64,000 bases of DNA, taken from Candidatus Peregrinibacteria bacterium GW2011_GWF2_39_17. GTDB taxonomy: Bacteria; Patescibacteriota; Gracilibacteria; UBA1369; UBA12473. The stretch covers positions 23,810-87,809 of the forward strand of contig LBWM01000004.1 of NCBI GenBank assembly GCA_000993615.1, in the 5' to 3' direction. The translations under genes were made by a program, and so were the position numbers. Positions 1-9,600 of the stretch are shown piece after piece (position 1 is the first letter of the stretch; every line of letters starts with the position of its first letter). The notes below the pieces were generated by a model that saw nothing but the letters and a program-made list of their open reading frames with translations, did not search any database and was not told where the DNA came from.

Positions 1-553
1 GATCACAATCCTGCATCAAGACGCCCTCACCTTTTCCCCACCCAAAAACCCTTATAAAATTATAGCCAATATTCCCTATTACATTACTTCGCCACTACTC
101 AATCATTTTTTAAAGGAACAACCTCCAGAAAACCGCCCAACACACATTACTTTTCTAGTCCAAAAAGAAGTAGCGGAAAAAATTTGCACTAAACCCGGCA
201 AACTGAATGTCCTAGCACTTCAGGTTCAAATTTTCGGAAAACCCAAAATCATCGCCAAAATTCCGGCAACGCATTTTCACCCAAGCCCTAAGGTAGAATC
301 CGCTATTTTAGTTATTGAAATTTATTCAGAGCCCTTAATTCCCGAAAAAGATATCGCCACTTTTTTTAAAATCATGTATGCCGGATTTTGCCACAAAAGA
401 AAAAAATTAACAAACAACCTAAAATCAATAAATGGACTAACCACCGAAAAAATTAAAGGGGTATTTACAGAATTAAACTTATCAGAAAATACTCGCGCCC
501 AAGAATTGACAATTGAACAATGGGAAAATTTAATAAATTTAATAACAAGATAG
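1..553 (+). CDS. rsmA: 16S rRNA m6,2A dimethyltransferase KsgA/RsmA (5'-truncated by window)
   Basis: Frame from nt 2 reads ITILHQDAL...IIANIPYYITSPLL...LVQKEVAEKI...FHPSPKVESA...KRKKLTNNL...RAQEL; TAG at 551-553. Not in the ORF track because it has no start in the window. Confidence 0.92.
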   Translation, partial: ITILHQDALTFSPPKNPYKIIANIPYYITSPLLNHFLKEQPPENRPTHITFLVQKEVAEKICTKPGKLNVLALQVQIFGKPKIIAKIPATHFHPSPKVESAILVIEIYSEPLIPEKDIATFFKIMYAGFCHKRKKLTNNLKSINGLTTEKIKGVFTELNLSENTRAQELTIEQWENLINLITR

Positions 554-647
554 AAAAATTTTGTGATTTTCATTATTTATTATTAAAAATCGCGCTCTTA
601 CATTTTTAAAAGCATCACTAGAACGAAAACATACATTGCAAAATACA

Positions 648-1640
648 CTATAAAATCTCCAACTCCCTCGCCATTTCCAAAGTTGCAACTCTGGCCGCCT
701 CCGCATAAGATTCAGGAGAAAAAATCTCGCTCTTTTCGTAAGCAAAAATAATTCCGCGCGAAGAATTTACAATCGCGCCTAATCCATCCTCATCAAAACA
801 AGGTTTCACATCGGAAGCTCCACCTCCTTGAGCTCCATACCCAGGCACCAAAAAAATCGCTTGTGGTAAAAGTTTTCGAATTTGCTCTGCCTGCTTAGGA
901 TACGTTGCACCAACCACAGCACCAATTGAACTATAGCCGGAATCACCAATTAAATCCGCGCCCCAAGACTCAATCAAATGAGCCATAAGTTCATAAGTAG
1001 TAATGCGCCCATTTACCCCAAAACCCTCCGCTACTTTTTCATCCAAAAGTTGATCCTGCAAATCACCAGAAGAAGGATTCGAAGTCTTTAACAAAACAAA
1101 AATCCCCTTTCCATATTCGCAACATGAATCGACAAAAGGTTTAACACCATCATATCCCAAATAAGGCGTGACTGTTAACGCATCAACATTCAACCCAGAA
1201 ATTTTCTCACCAAATAGTTCAATTTCACCCAAATAGGCACGAGCATAACCTTCAGCCGTTGATCCAATGTCATTCCGCTTAGCATCCGCAATAACTAAAA
1301 GCTCCTTATCATGAGCATATCTACAAGTTTCTTCAAACGCCCATATCCCATGGAACCCATACTCCTCATAAAACGCAATTTGCGGTTTTACACACGGCAC
1401 CAAATCCGCAACTGCATCAATAATTCCCTTATTAAATTCTAAAAGACACCGTGCAGCCGCTTCCTTAGTTTCACCATATTGTTTAATCTGTTGTTCCTTA
1501 ATAAATTTTGGAATTTGCTTAAGACGCGGATCCAATCCCACACAAATCGGATTACCTTTCCGCTTAATAGCGGCAATCAACCGATCCGCAAAATTACTTT
1601 TTATTTTTGGAACCGCAGAAAGAGAAAGATCAATTTCCAT
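648..1640 (-). CDS. pyrF: Orotidine-5'-phosphate decarboxylase (subfamily 2)
   Basis: CVGLDP, KPQIAFYE, DAKRNDIGST, LVPGYGAQGG, NSSRGII motifs. Confidence 0.96.
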   Translation of the reverse strand: MEIDLSLSAVPKIKSNFADRLIAAIKRKGNPICVGLDPRLKQIPKFIKEQQIKQYGETKEAAARCLLEFNKGIIDAVADLVPCVKPQIAFYEEYGFHGIWAFEETCRYAHDKELLVIADAKRNDIGSTAEGYARAYLGEIELFGEKISGLNVDALTVTPYLGYDGVKPFVDSCCEYGKGIFVLLKTSNPSSGDLQDQLLDEKVAEGFGVNGRITTYELMAHLIESWGADLIGDSGYSSIGAVVGATYPKQAEQIRKLLPQAIFLVPGYGAQGGGASDVKPCFDEDGLGAIVNSSRGIIFAYEKSEIFSPESYAEAARVATLEMARELEIL

Positions 1641-1746
1641 AAAAAAATTTACGTTTAAAAAACCGAAAAATTCCTAAAACCGATTAGCAGTATAACATAT
1701 TTAGCACAAAATAAATTCCCCTTAAAACTAAAAAATTATTCCTTCA

Positions 1747-2427
1747 TCAAACTCCATACTCTTCTCTATATTTCTTAATCATCTCCATCTTCTCATCATC
1801 AATATAAATTTGACCACCTACTTCACGATTGTATAAAACCTCAATCACCTCATTTAAATTCACAATTGAAAATACCTTTACTCCTAGTATTTTTTCTACT
1901 TCCTCCAGAGCATTTTGCCCATCATTATTTTTTTCCATTCGATTCATAGCAATTAATACTCCGGCAATTTGCGGATTACCATTTTCACGTAAAAGCTCAA
2001 CACTTTCCCGAATCGCAGTCCCAGCCGTAATTACATCATCAATTAGCAAAACACGTGTTTTTTCATTCAAGGGCGCCCCCACTAATGGATTTCCTTTAGC
2101 ATCCCCATAATTTTTTGCTTCTTTTCGGTTAAAACAAAATGAAATATTTTCCTTAAATTCAGAATACAAAGCACAAGTCGTAGCCACCGAAAGCGGAATT
2201 CCTTTATAGGCCGGCCCAAAAATTACCTCTACTTCTATCCCCGAATCAAGATAGGCCTGCGCGTAAAACCGACTCAATTGATGCATTAATTCACCTGTAT
2301 AAAAACTTCCCACATTCAAAAAATAAGGCGCGATACGCCCGCTTTTTAAAGTAAAAGTTCCAAATTTAAGCGCCTCGGCCTTAACCAAGAGCTCAATAAA
2401 TTCCGATTTATAAGCAGATAGTGACAT
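1747..2427 (-). CDS. pyrE: Orotate phosphoribosyltransferase
   Basis: FTLKSGRIAPYF, FGPAYKGIP, NRKEAK, PRPP loop LIDDVITAGTA. Confidence 0.97.
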   Translation of the reverse strand: MSLSAYKSEFIELLVKAEALKFGTFTLKSGRIAPYFLNVGSFYTGELMHQLSRFYAQAYLDSGIEVEVIFGPAYKGIPLSVATTCALYSEFKENISFCFNRKEAKNYGDAKGNPLVGAPLNEKTRVLLIDDVITAGTAIRESVELLRENGNPQIAGVLIAMNRMEKNNDGQNALEEVEKILGVKVFSIVNLNEVIEVLYNREVGGQIYIDDEKMEMIKKYREEYGV

Positions 2428-2460
2428 ATCAAGAAAATTAAAAATAAAATTAATTTGGCT

Positions 2461-3306
2461 TTACCATTCTTTTTTCCGTCCCACTTTATCACGATGATAT
2501 TTCCCAAACTCTGCTTGTGCGCGTGCCAATTTATGATCCATAACCGGACCGTTCATACACACCGCCATTCCACTTTCATCTACCACGCATTGCCCACAAA
2601 TCCCAAATCCACATTTCATATATCTTTCCAAACTCACTTGGCAAGCAATATCCCTAACCAAAGCCACATCCGAAACCGCTTTCATCATCATCTCCGGCCC
2701 TACTGTCATAATTCGATCCACCTTCATTCCCTCATTCAACAAATGATTTAATAAATCCACACTCGTACCAGTAAATCCACGAGACCCATCATTTGTGGCC
2801 ACATGAACTTTTACAGCTTTCAACTGCATCGCTTTTTCCTCAAACATTAAATATTCCGCGGACCGAGCTCCAATAATAAATTCAACTGTACAACCACGCA
2901 CCACGGCTTCAACCGCCAAAAAATAGAGCGGAGCGGCTCCATATCCGCCACCCAAAACCACCAAATGCTCACCATCTTCATATTGAAAAGTTTTCCCGTA
3001 AGAACCCCTGATTCCAACTTTATCACCAGGTTTTTTAGTAAATAATTGCTCCGTAAAAGTTCCTACATTGGCAATAGAAAGCTCTAAATTTTGTCCATCA
3101 TCATACGCAATACTAAACGGCTTTTCATCTACTCGTGGAAGCCAAAGCATCACAAACTGACCAGGCTGACCATCCACACTACAATCCAAAGTAAAAGTTT
3201 TTACAAAAGGATTTTCGTTCTTGATATCCACGATGGAAACCATTTCCGGCATAGCGTTTTTAGGCTTTAAATTCTGACAACAATGATGACCTTTTGAACA
3301 TGACAT
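2461..3306 (-). CDS. pyrK: Dihydroorotate dehydrogenase electron-transfer subunit
   Basis: PGQFVML, KPFSI, GGGYGAAP, MKCGFGICGQC...VCMNGPV 2Fe-2S motif; adjacent to pyrD. Confidence 0.93.
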   Translation of the reverse strand: MSCSKGHHCCQNLKPKNAMPEMVSIVDIKNENPFVKTFTLDCSVDGQPGQFVMLWLPRVDEKPFSIAYDDGQNLELSIANVGTFTEQLFTKKPGDKVGIRGSYGKTFQYEDGEHLVVLGGGYGAAPLYFLAVEAVVRGCTVEFIIGARSAEYLMFEEKAMQLKAVKVHVATNDGSRGFTGTSVDLLNHLLNEGMKVDRIMTVGPEMMMKAVSDVALVRDIACQVSLERYMKCGFGICGQCVVDESGMAVCMNGPVMDHKLARAQAEFGKYHRDKVGRKKEW

Positions 3307-3327
3307 AATTAAATAATTTATTAAAAA

Positions 3328-4266
3328 TTATTGATGTGCCCTACCCACAACTTCCGAAATATCTTCAACACCATTTTTTTCACACCACTGACGTATCTCT
3401 TCCGCCACTTTCCCAAAAACCTCAACCCCTCGATAATAAACCGCGGTTCCCATTCCCACTAAAGTCGCACCGGACATCATTAATTCAATTACATCACGCC
3501 CGGTCAACACGCCACCAGTTCCAATGATCGGGATTTTTACCGCCTTATAAAGATCAAAAATCATTTTCACAACCAATGGCTTTAACCCCGGCCCCGAAAG
3601 ACCCCCTACTCGATTAGCCAAAATAGGCTGAGCTGTCTCAATATCAATACACATTCCTGGCCCAAAAGTGTTAAAGCAAGTTAAGCCATCCGCTCCAGCG
3701 TCTTCAATAGACTTAGCAATTTCCACAATATTGGAAACATTTGGCGATAATTTAATTATTATTGGAATTTTTGATACTCGTTTTTTAACCTCCCTCGTAA
3801 CTCGCGCTGCTTGATTAAAATCACAAGCAAATGGTTTTCCTAATTCATCCTCTACATTAGGACAAGATATATTCACTTCAATTAAATGGGGTTTTAATTC
3901 TGCCACCTGTTCCGCGGTTTCCCCAAAATCATCTACTTTTCCAGCGACCACACTAGCAATTAAGGGCGCTTTAACAGACCCATCTTCCTGAATTGCCCAT
4001 TTTAAATAAGTAGCAATTTCTTCCTTGGCCTTTTCAATGCCAGCATCAGGGAGACCAACCGCATTCAAAAAAAAATGCTCATTTCCAATCATGGTAGGGT
4101 TGGGATGACCAATATGCTCTTTAAGCCAAATAGATTTAATCGTCACTCCCCCAGCCCCATTTTCCACAACGTGTTTTAAGGAATTACCCGTCACTCCCAA
4201 AATACCAGAAGCCAAAACTAAAGGATTTTTAAATCGAACATTATTGTAGATGATTGCAAGATTCAT
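3328..4266 (-). CDS. pyrD: Dihydroorotate dehydrogenase, family 1B catalytic subunit
   Basis: NPLVLASG, NAVGLP, EVNISCPN, KLSPNV, GGLSGP, IIGTGGV. Confidence 0.96.
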   Translation of the reverse strand: MNLAIIYNNVRFKNPLVLASGILGVTGNSLKHVVENGAGGVTIKSIWLKEHIGHPNPTMIGNEHFFLNAVGLPDAGIEKAKEEIATYLKWAIQEDGSVKAPLIASVVAGKVDDFGETAEQVAELKPHLIEVNISCPNVEDELGKPFACDFNQAARVTREVKKRVSKIPIIIKLSPNVSNIVEIAKSIEDAGADGLTCFNTFGPGMCIDIETAQPILANRVGGLSGPGLKPLVVKMIFDLYKAVKIPIIGTGGVLTGRDVIELMMSGATLVGMGTAVYYRGVEVFGKVAEEIRQWCEKNGVEDISEVVGRAHQ

Positions 4267-4384
4267 AAAATATAAAATTTTGCATAATAATTATGTAAAC
4301 TAATCTACATAAACAAATTTTAAAAACAATAAAATCTTATGCCTGAAGACTAACATAATTTTCTAACAACCTGCAACCTACCCA

Positions 4385-4423
4385 CCCCCCCTCGGGGGGC
4401 CACCATCCACCTCCAGGATAGCA
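4385..4423 (-). promoter_or_regulatory. Putative extended -10 promoter followed by a C6/G7 hairpin in the pyrD leader
   Basis: Minus strand reads TGCTATCCT-GGAGGTGGATGGTGG-CCCCCC-GA-GGGGGGG, a GC-rich island in an AT-rich intergenic region. Confidence 0.4.
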
Positions 4424-4475
4424 CACTACCCATGAACAAAACCTTACAGAAAAATTAATTCTTTTAAAAAATCAT

Positions 4476-5852
4476 TCAAAACCTAAAGCATTTTTCAATT
4501 TCAACTCCTTGTGAGGAACCCACAATCACCCCTCGCTCCATCACCACCTCCCCATTCACGATTGTCATAACCGGCCATCCTTTCAATAATCGACCGGAAA
4601 AAACCGACCAACCGCATTTGGTATAACGCGCACCAAAGGAACCATTTCCCACTTTTTGCTCCAAATTCATATTCACAACAACCAAATTAGCTTTTGTCCC
4701 TTCCCTAAAACTTTCCGCTAAAGCATCCTCCCTCAATCGAAAAATCCGTGCCGGTCCTTCGTACATCACTTTTACCACATCCTCCAAATTTAATTCACCT
4801 CGATTTACGGCATCCAACAAAAGCGGCAAACTCGTTTCCAGTCCAGGGACTCCGGATGGCGCCAGCCAATAATTTTGTTGCTTTTCCTGAATGGTATGCG
4901 GCGCATGATCCGTAGCCACACAATCCACTAATCCACTTTTTATCCCTTCCATAAGCGCCTTACAATCTTCACTAGTTCTAAGCGGCGGATTCATTTTGGC
5001 AAAATTACCCTGTCGCCCCAATTCAGATTCATCCAAAAATAAATGATGCGGAGAAACCTCACACGAAATACGACCGTTTTTAAATTTCACAAACTCTTCC
5101 AATTCAAGCTGAGTACTTAAATGACAAATGTGCAACCTTGTCCCGTGCTTTTTCGCCAGATGCAAAGCATGCTTAATTGCCGAATAAGCCACCTTGTTAT
5201 CTCTAATTTTAGAATGCAAAGTAGGATCATTTTTATTTTCTAAACCTGGATCATCCAGTTTAAGTTGCGCCAAATTTTGCTTCATCAAAGATTCATCTTC
5301 AGCATGCACACAAATTAATTTATCCGCTTTTCCGGCTTGTGCAAAAATCTCCTCTAGCCATTCAGTCTGATCCACCAATAAATTACCCGTAGAACTCCCC
5401 ATATACACCTTCAAAGCTACTGCATCCGATTTTAAATACTCATCAACATTTATTTTTCCATCAGCAAAAATCGTGGCTCCCATATACAATCCATAATTCA
5501 CAAAAGCTTTCCCCGAAATCATCTCCCTTTTTTCATCAAGTAAATCCTGGCTCGTAATCGGAGGTAAGGTATTTGGCATATCTAAAATAGTGGTAATACC
5601 TCCTGCTGCAGCGGCTTTTGTGCCTGTTGTCCAATCTTCCTTATATTCACTTCCTGGTGTTCTCAAATGAACATGCGGATCAATCAAGCCTGGTAAAATA
5701 AAAAAATTAGCACAATCGATCACTTTCCCTCCAGTCACAGCTAAATTTGGAGCAATTTTGACAATGATTCCATTCCTAATCAAAACATCAGCCTTAAACT
5801 GATTTAAGCTGGTCACTACTATCCCCCCTTTAAGCAAAAGAGTAGTAATCAT
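4476..5852 (-). CDS. pyrC: Dihydroorotase (type I, amidohydrolase)
   Basis: PGLIDPHVHLR, DMPNT, HAED, HICHLST, KMNPPLR, TDHAPH. Start moved to ATG at 5852 (MITTLLLKGG) because an extended -10 TGCTATATT lies at 5876-5884. Confidence 0.94.
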   Translation of the reverse strand: MITTLLLKGGIVVTSLNQFKADVLIRNGIIVKIAPNLAVTGGKVIDCANFFILPGLIDPHVHLRTPGSEYKEDWTTGTKAAAAGGITTILDMPNTLPPITSQDLLDEKREMISGKAFVNYGLYMGATIFADGKINVDEYLKSDAVALKVYMGSSTGNLLVDQTEWLEEIFAQAGKADKLICVHAEDESLMKQNLAQLKLDDPGLENKNDPTLHSKIRDNKVAYSAIKHALHLAKKHGTRLHICHLSTQLELEEFVKFKNGRISCEVSPHHLFLDESELGRQGNFAKMNPPLRTSEDCKALMEGIKSGLVDCVATDHAPHTIQEKQQNYWLAPSGVPGLETSLPLLLDAVNRGELNLEDVVKVMYEGPARIFRLREDALAESFREGTKANLVVVNMNLEQKVGNGSFGARYTKCGWSVFSGRLLKGWPVMTIVNGEVVMERGVIVGSSQGVEIEKCFRF

Positions 5853-6100
5853 AAAAAAAATTAAAGAACAATAACAATATAGCATTGTGCCTTCTAAAAA
5901 GCCCCAAACCATTCAAAGATTATTCTTAAAAATCCCAAGAAGAACTTCGCGAAACAATTATAAACGTCTACATAAAGCCAATAAATTAGTGTTTGACAAG
6001 TTCCTATTTAATTTTCTTTGCAAAATAGTACTGTCACCCTATAAGATTCAAAATCCATATTAAGGAACTCTAAACAGCAAGCACCTTAACCGTGAAAATT

Positions 6101-6313
6101 ATGGCCAACAACAACTCAAAACACCACACCCCTAAATCTCCCTCTGTTTCCTCATCCGACGCCCAACTTTTACTGAAGATTAATAACCTACTTCATGAGT
6201 ATCTTTCTAATCTCGACTTAAGTAAAACAGAAAAAATAAAAATTTTAGCCCAATTTTACAAATTTTTAGGAAAAAAAAATTCAATTTCTATTTTACAACC
6301 ACCTCAATTTTAA
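6101..6313 (+). CDS. Small hypothetical protein
   Basis: 70-aa ORF from ATG 6101, co-oriented with the giant gene, similar to the next ORF. Confidence 0.45.
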   Translation: MANNNSKHHTPKSPSVSSSDAQLLLKINNLLHEYLSNLDLSKTEKIKILAQFYKFLGKKNSISILQPPQF

Positions 6314-6351
6314 AAAACTCAATCCTTTTTTAAGTCACTAATTTTATTTCG

Positions 6352-6624
6352 ATGCAATCAAGCCAATTAACCAATCCTACCCTGCATCGTCAATTTTGGG
6401 TTTTTACAAATGAAATTTTAGAAACCTTCCTCTCCACCACCATTCTTTCTAATCTAGAAAAAAACGGTATTCGCCTAAAAACGCACATCTTTTTCGAAGA
6501 AAATTATCGCCTTAACACAATTTACCTCCATCTTCACGAATATTTTCGCAGTCACCCCAAATTGTGTTTTTTACTTGAACCGCTTAACCAATACTACCAA
6601 CAAACCCTCAAAAACCCTCTCTAA
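6352..6624 (+). CDS. Small hypothetical protein
   Basis: 90-aa ORF ending 20 nt before the 2288-aa gene. Confidence 0.55.
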   Translation: MQSSQLTNPTLHRQFWVFTNEILETFLSTTILSNLEKNGIRLKTHIFFEENYRLNTIYLHLHEYFRSHPKLCFLLEPLNQYYQQTLKNPL

Positions 6625-6644
6625 TTTAGATTTAAAATTTCTCC

Positions 6645-9600
6645 ATGGTAAATCAACCAGCCTACCAACTCGATTATTCATCACTTAACGTTCAAATTGC
6701 TGAATTTAAAAGAATAGCTGAAGTTTATGCTCGATCAAGCATTGATGATTCCGGCGTTTCGCAATCCTTAAGTACGACTGTCAACGCTATTCTCGCCTTA
6801 CCTAACAACATTTCCGCTGATCTACCCTTTAACCAAATTACTGGCGTTGAAAAAACACTTAAGGATGCAGAAAAACTTTTTAGGGCTTATGGAAAAGAAG
6901 AGATAGGAAAAATGCTAAATGAAATAGCACCCTCAAGAACCTTTCGCGCCCTAGCTGGGACAGCGCAATTCGAAAAAATATTATCCACTCTTAAAGGCCA
7001 AAGCATAGAAGTTAACGGTAAACCAACAACCATTGATAATGCCCATATTTATGCCTTAACACGTTTTAACGTTTCTATTGGAAACCCAATCGCAAATCCA
7101 AAATCCTTTGAATTATTCATGAAAAGCCTTCTGGGAGGCGTAGACATTAGAGAGCTACGGCATATTAGGGACATTCTTTTACCGGATGACCAAGTAAACT
7201 ACGAAGAAATTACAGCCCTTCAAAAAGACATTTTAAAGCTTGAAAAAGCCTTCCCTAAAACATCCGAAGATCAAGAAGAACTATTACAAAAAAAAGGACA
7301 ATTAAAGGCGGCTCAAGAAAAAATCAAAAAAAATCAGAAAAAAAGAAAAACCCTAAAAACAACTTTTGATAAAATTACTGGTAGCCTCCACGCAATGGCC
7401 ACCACTCGAGGGTACACCACCAAAAAAGAAATCCAAGAATTTGTTCAAGGAAGTTTTACATCTCCTGAATTAAGAGGTGCAACCGGCCTAACTGCCAGTG
7501 TCATCAATGGCAATACCCAAACCGCAATTCGAATCCTTAAAGACCAACTTTTTCGCAAAACCACTCACGAAACTAAAACCGGCGTAAAACTAGCTTCTTT
7601 TGATCAAAATATTTGGTTTGTAGAAGAAAAAGACCCCCTCATTTCTCATCCACAAGAAGATTCTTCTCAACAAAAACCTGGCATACTCAATCAAGATTTT
7701 TTTAATCACATGATTGAAAATCCTAATCAATATTGCGTGGTTCAAATGTCTCATATCCCCGCAGGTTTATTTCAAGAACTCGAAGAAACTTACCCGGGTC
7801 AACACCAGGCAATATTAGGAAGATTAATAATTGTCACCAAAACCAATAAGGGAGAAGCCTCCTCCGCAACCATGGTTTACCATATTCTACCTGAATTAAC
7901 TGAACGACTGGATGCTTGTTGCGACCGCGAATTAGGACGTCCCTCTCGCATTCAATTACAACTATATGAATTATTTAGCAAAATATCGATAGAAGAATTA
8001 ACAGAACTAAAAGCAGCGGTAGAAAAAAATCGACAAGCTAGAAACCAACAAGGTGCATCGAAAAGCCTAGAAACTTTAAGTGCGCATCCTTATTTAGCTG
8101 ATGAAAGAAGCGAATACAATATGTATAAAGGTTTTGAAAAACTTTTGAATTTTTTTATTGACCTCCACGACCCTCAGAAAAGAGAAACACGTGCCAAAGA
8201 AGAATTAGAAGAATTTGAAAACCAATATCATGCTTATTTCGCGGGCAAAGACGTACCTAAAAAAACCTTTGATTGTGTAGCCATTCCAACCGGCGGAGGC
8301 CGAGAAGAATTAACCATGATTTTTGGATATTGCGCCAAACAGCTACGAGAAACTGCTGCTAATTTTCAGGAAATCGAAACATCTGGGGATCTTCATCCTA
8401 ACTCTTCAAAACCTAACGCTGTTTCTTCTATCATAAAAACCATAAAAACCAAAGTACGAGGCCAAACCGGAGAAACAACAAAATCAATTGGCGTATGTCG
8501 CGCTCGTCTCAATGAACTTATTAAAAAACGCTACGGAAGCAATGCTGATGTAACACTAGGCCCGTTACCAATCGACACTGCGAGAAGGATTGTTGAGGAA
8601 CGTCAAAATCCTAGCATTGCCACCGACGGGAATTTAGGAAGCAGCATTCTTACAATGGCAGGCGATATGACCGAAATAGGCCTTCGGGAAGGAGCGACCA
8701 AAGTTGAGGGAATCGCCGGAAGTGTTAGAAGCGCCATTGAAGGAATAAGTAGGATGCCTGTATTAAACGGAGTCAGAAAAACCCTCATTGGAAAATCAAA
8801 AAGAAACGGCTTAAATCAAAATGCAAAAAGAACTGAAAGATCTTTCGAAAACCTTGGTGCCCAAACCGCCCCTCTACGTGCGGCTGTTGCCGGCTTTGCC
8901 GCATTACCAGGGATAATTGAAACTGGTGCCGGACGCCTGCGTCAATTTACGCAAACGGAAATTCCTAATTTAGCTCTTATCTTCAATACTCTAAACGCAC
9001 TTGAACAAAATACTTTTAAACCAATTCTCGTTAGCTCATTCCAAAGTTGGACCTATGGAGAAGTCGTCAATAAAGACGAATACCCTGATGCCAACCATTG
9101 CGATATACCCATGGACACAGATGGGACACCAAACATCGAAGAATTCGAAACCTACTTACGAAGAAGAAAAGAATCTTTTCAAGGATTTCCCGAATTATGC
9201 GAACTAGATTGCAAAAGACATATTTTTATCTTATGTGATCCTTCCAATCCCAATGGAGCCGTATGGCCCGAGGCCAAAAAACGCCATCTCTTACAATTAG
9301 CTCAAAGATATAAATTTACGATAATCGCGGACACGGCCTACCATAAACTAATTGATAAATCGACAAAAGAAGCTCAAGGGGACCCTATGTTTACTAGATT
9401 CGCCCATAACCAAACCGGATTAGTTGCCCCACTAAGTAAAAAATTGGATTTTCCTCTTTTTGAATCCATCCCTTCCACTAAATGGAATAACCCTGATCGC
9501 ACTGGTTGCATCTGGAGCAACCAAACGAGCTTCAGAGGTTATGTAAGCACTAATCTTTCTGACTCAAGAAATACCATGGCACTCTACCAGGAAAATGCCT

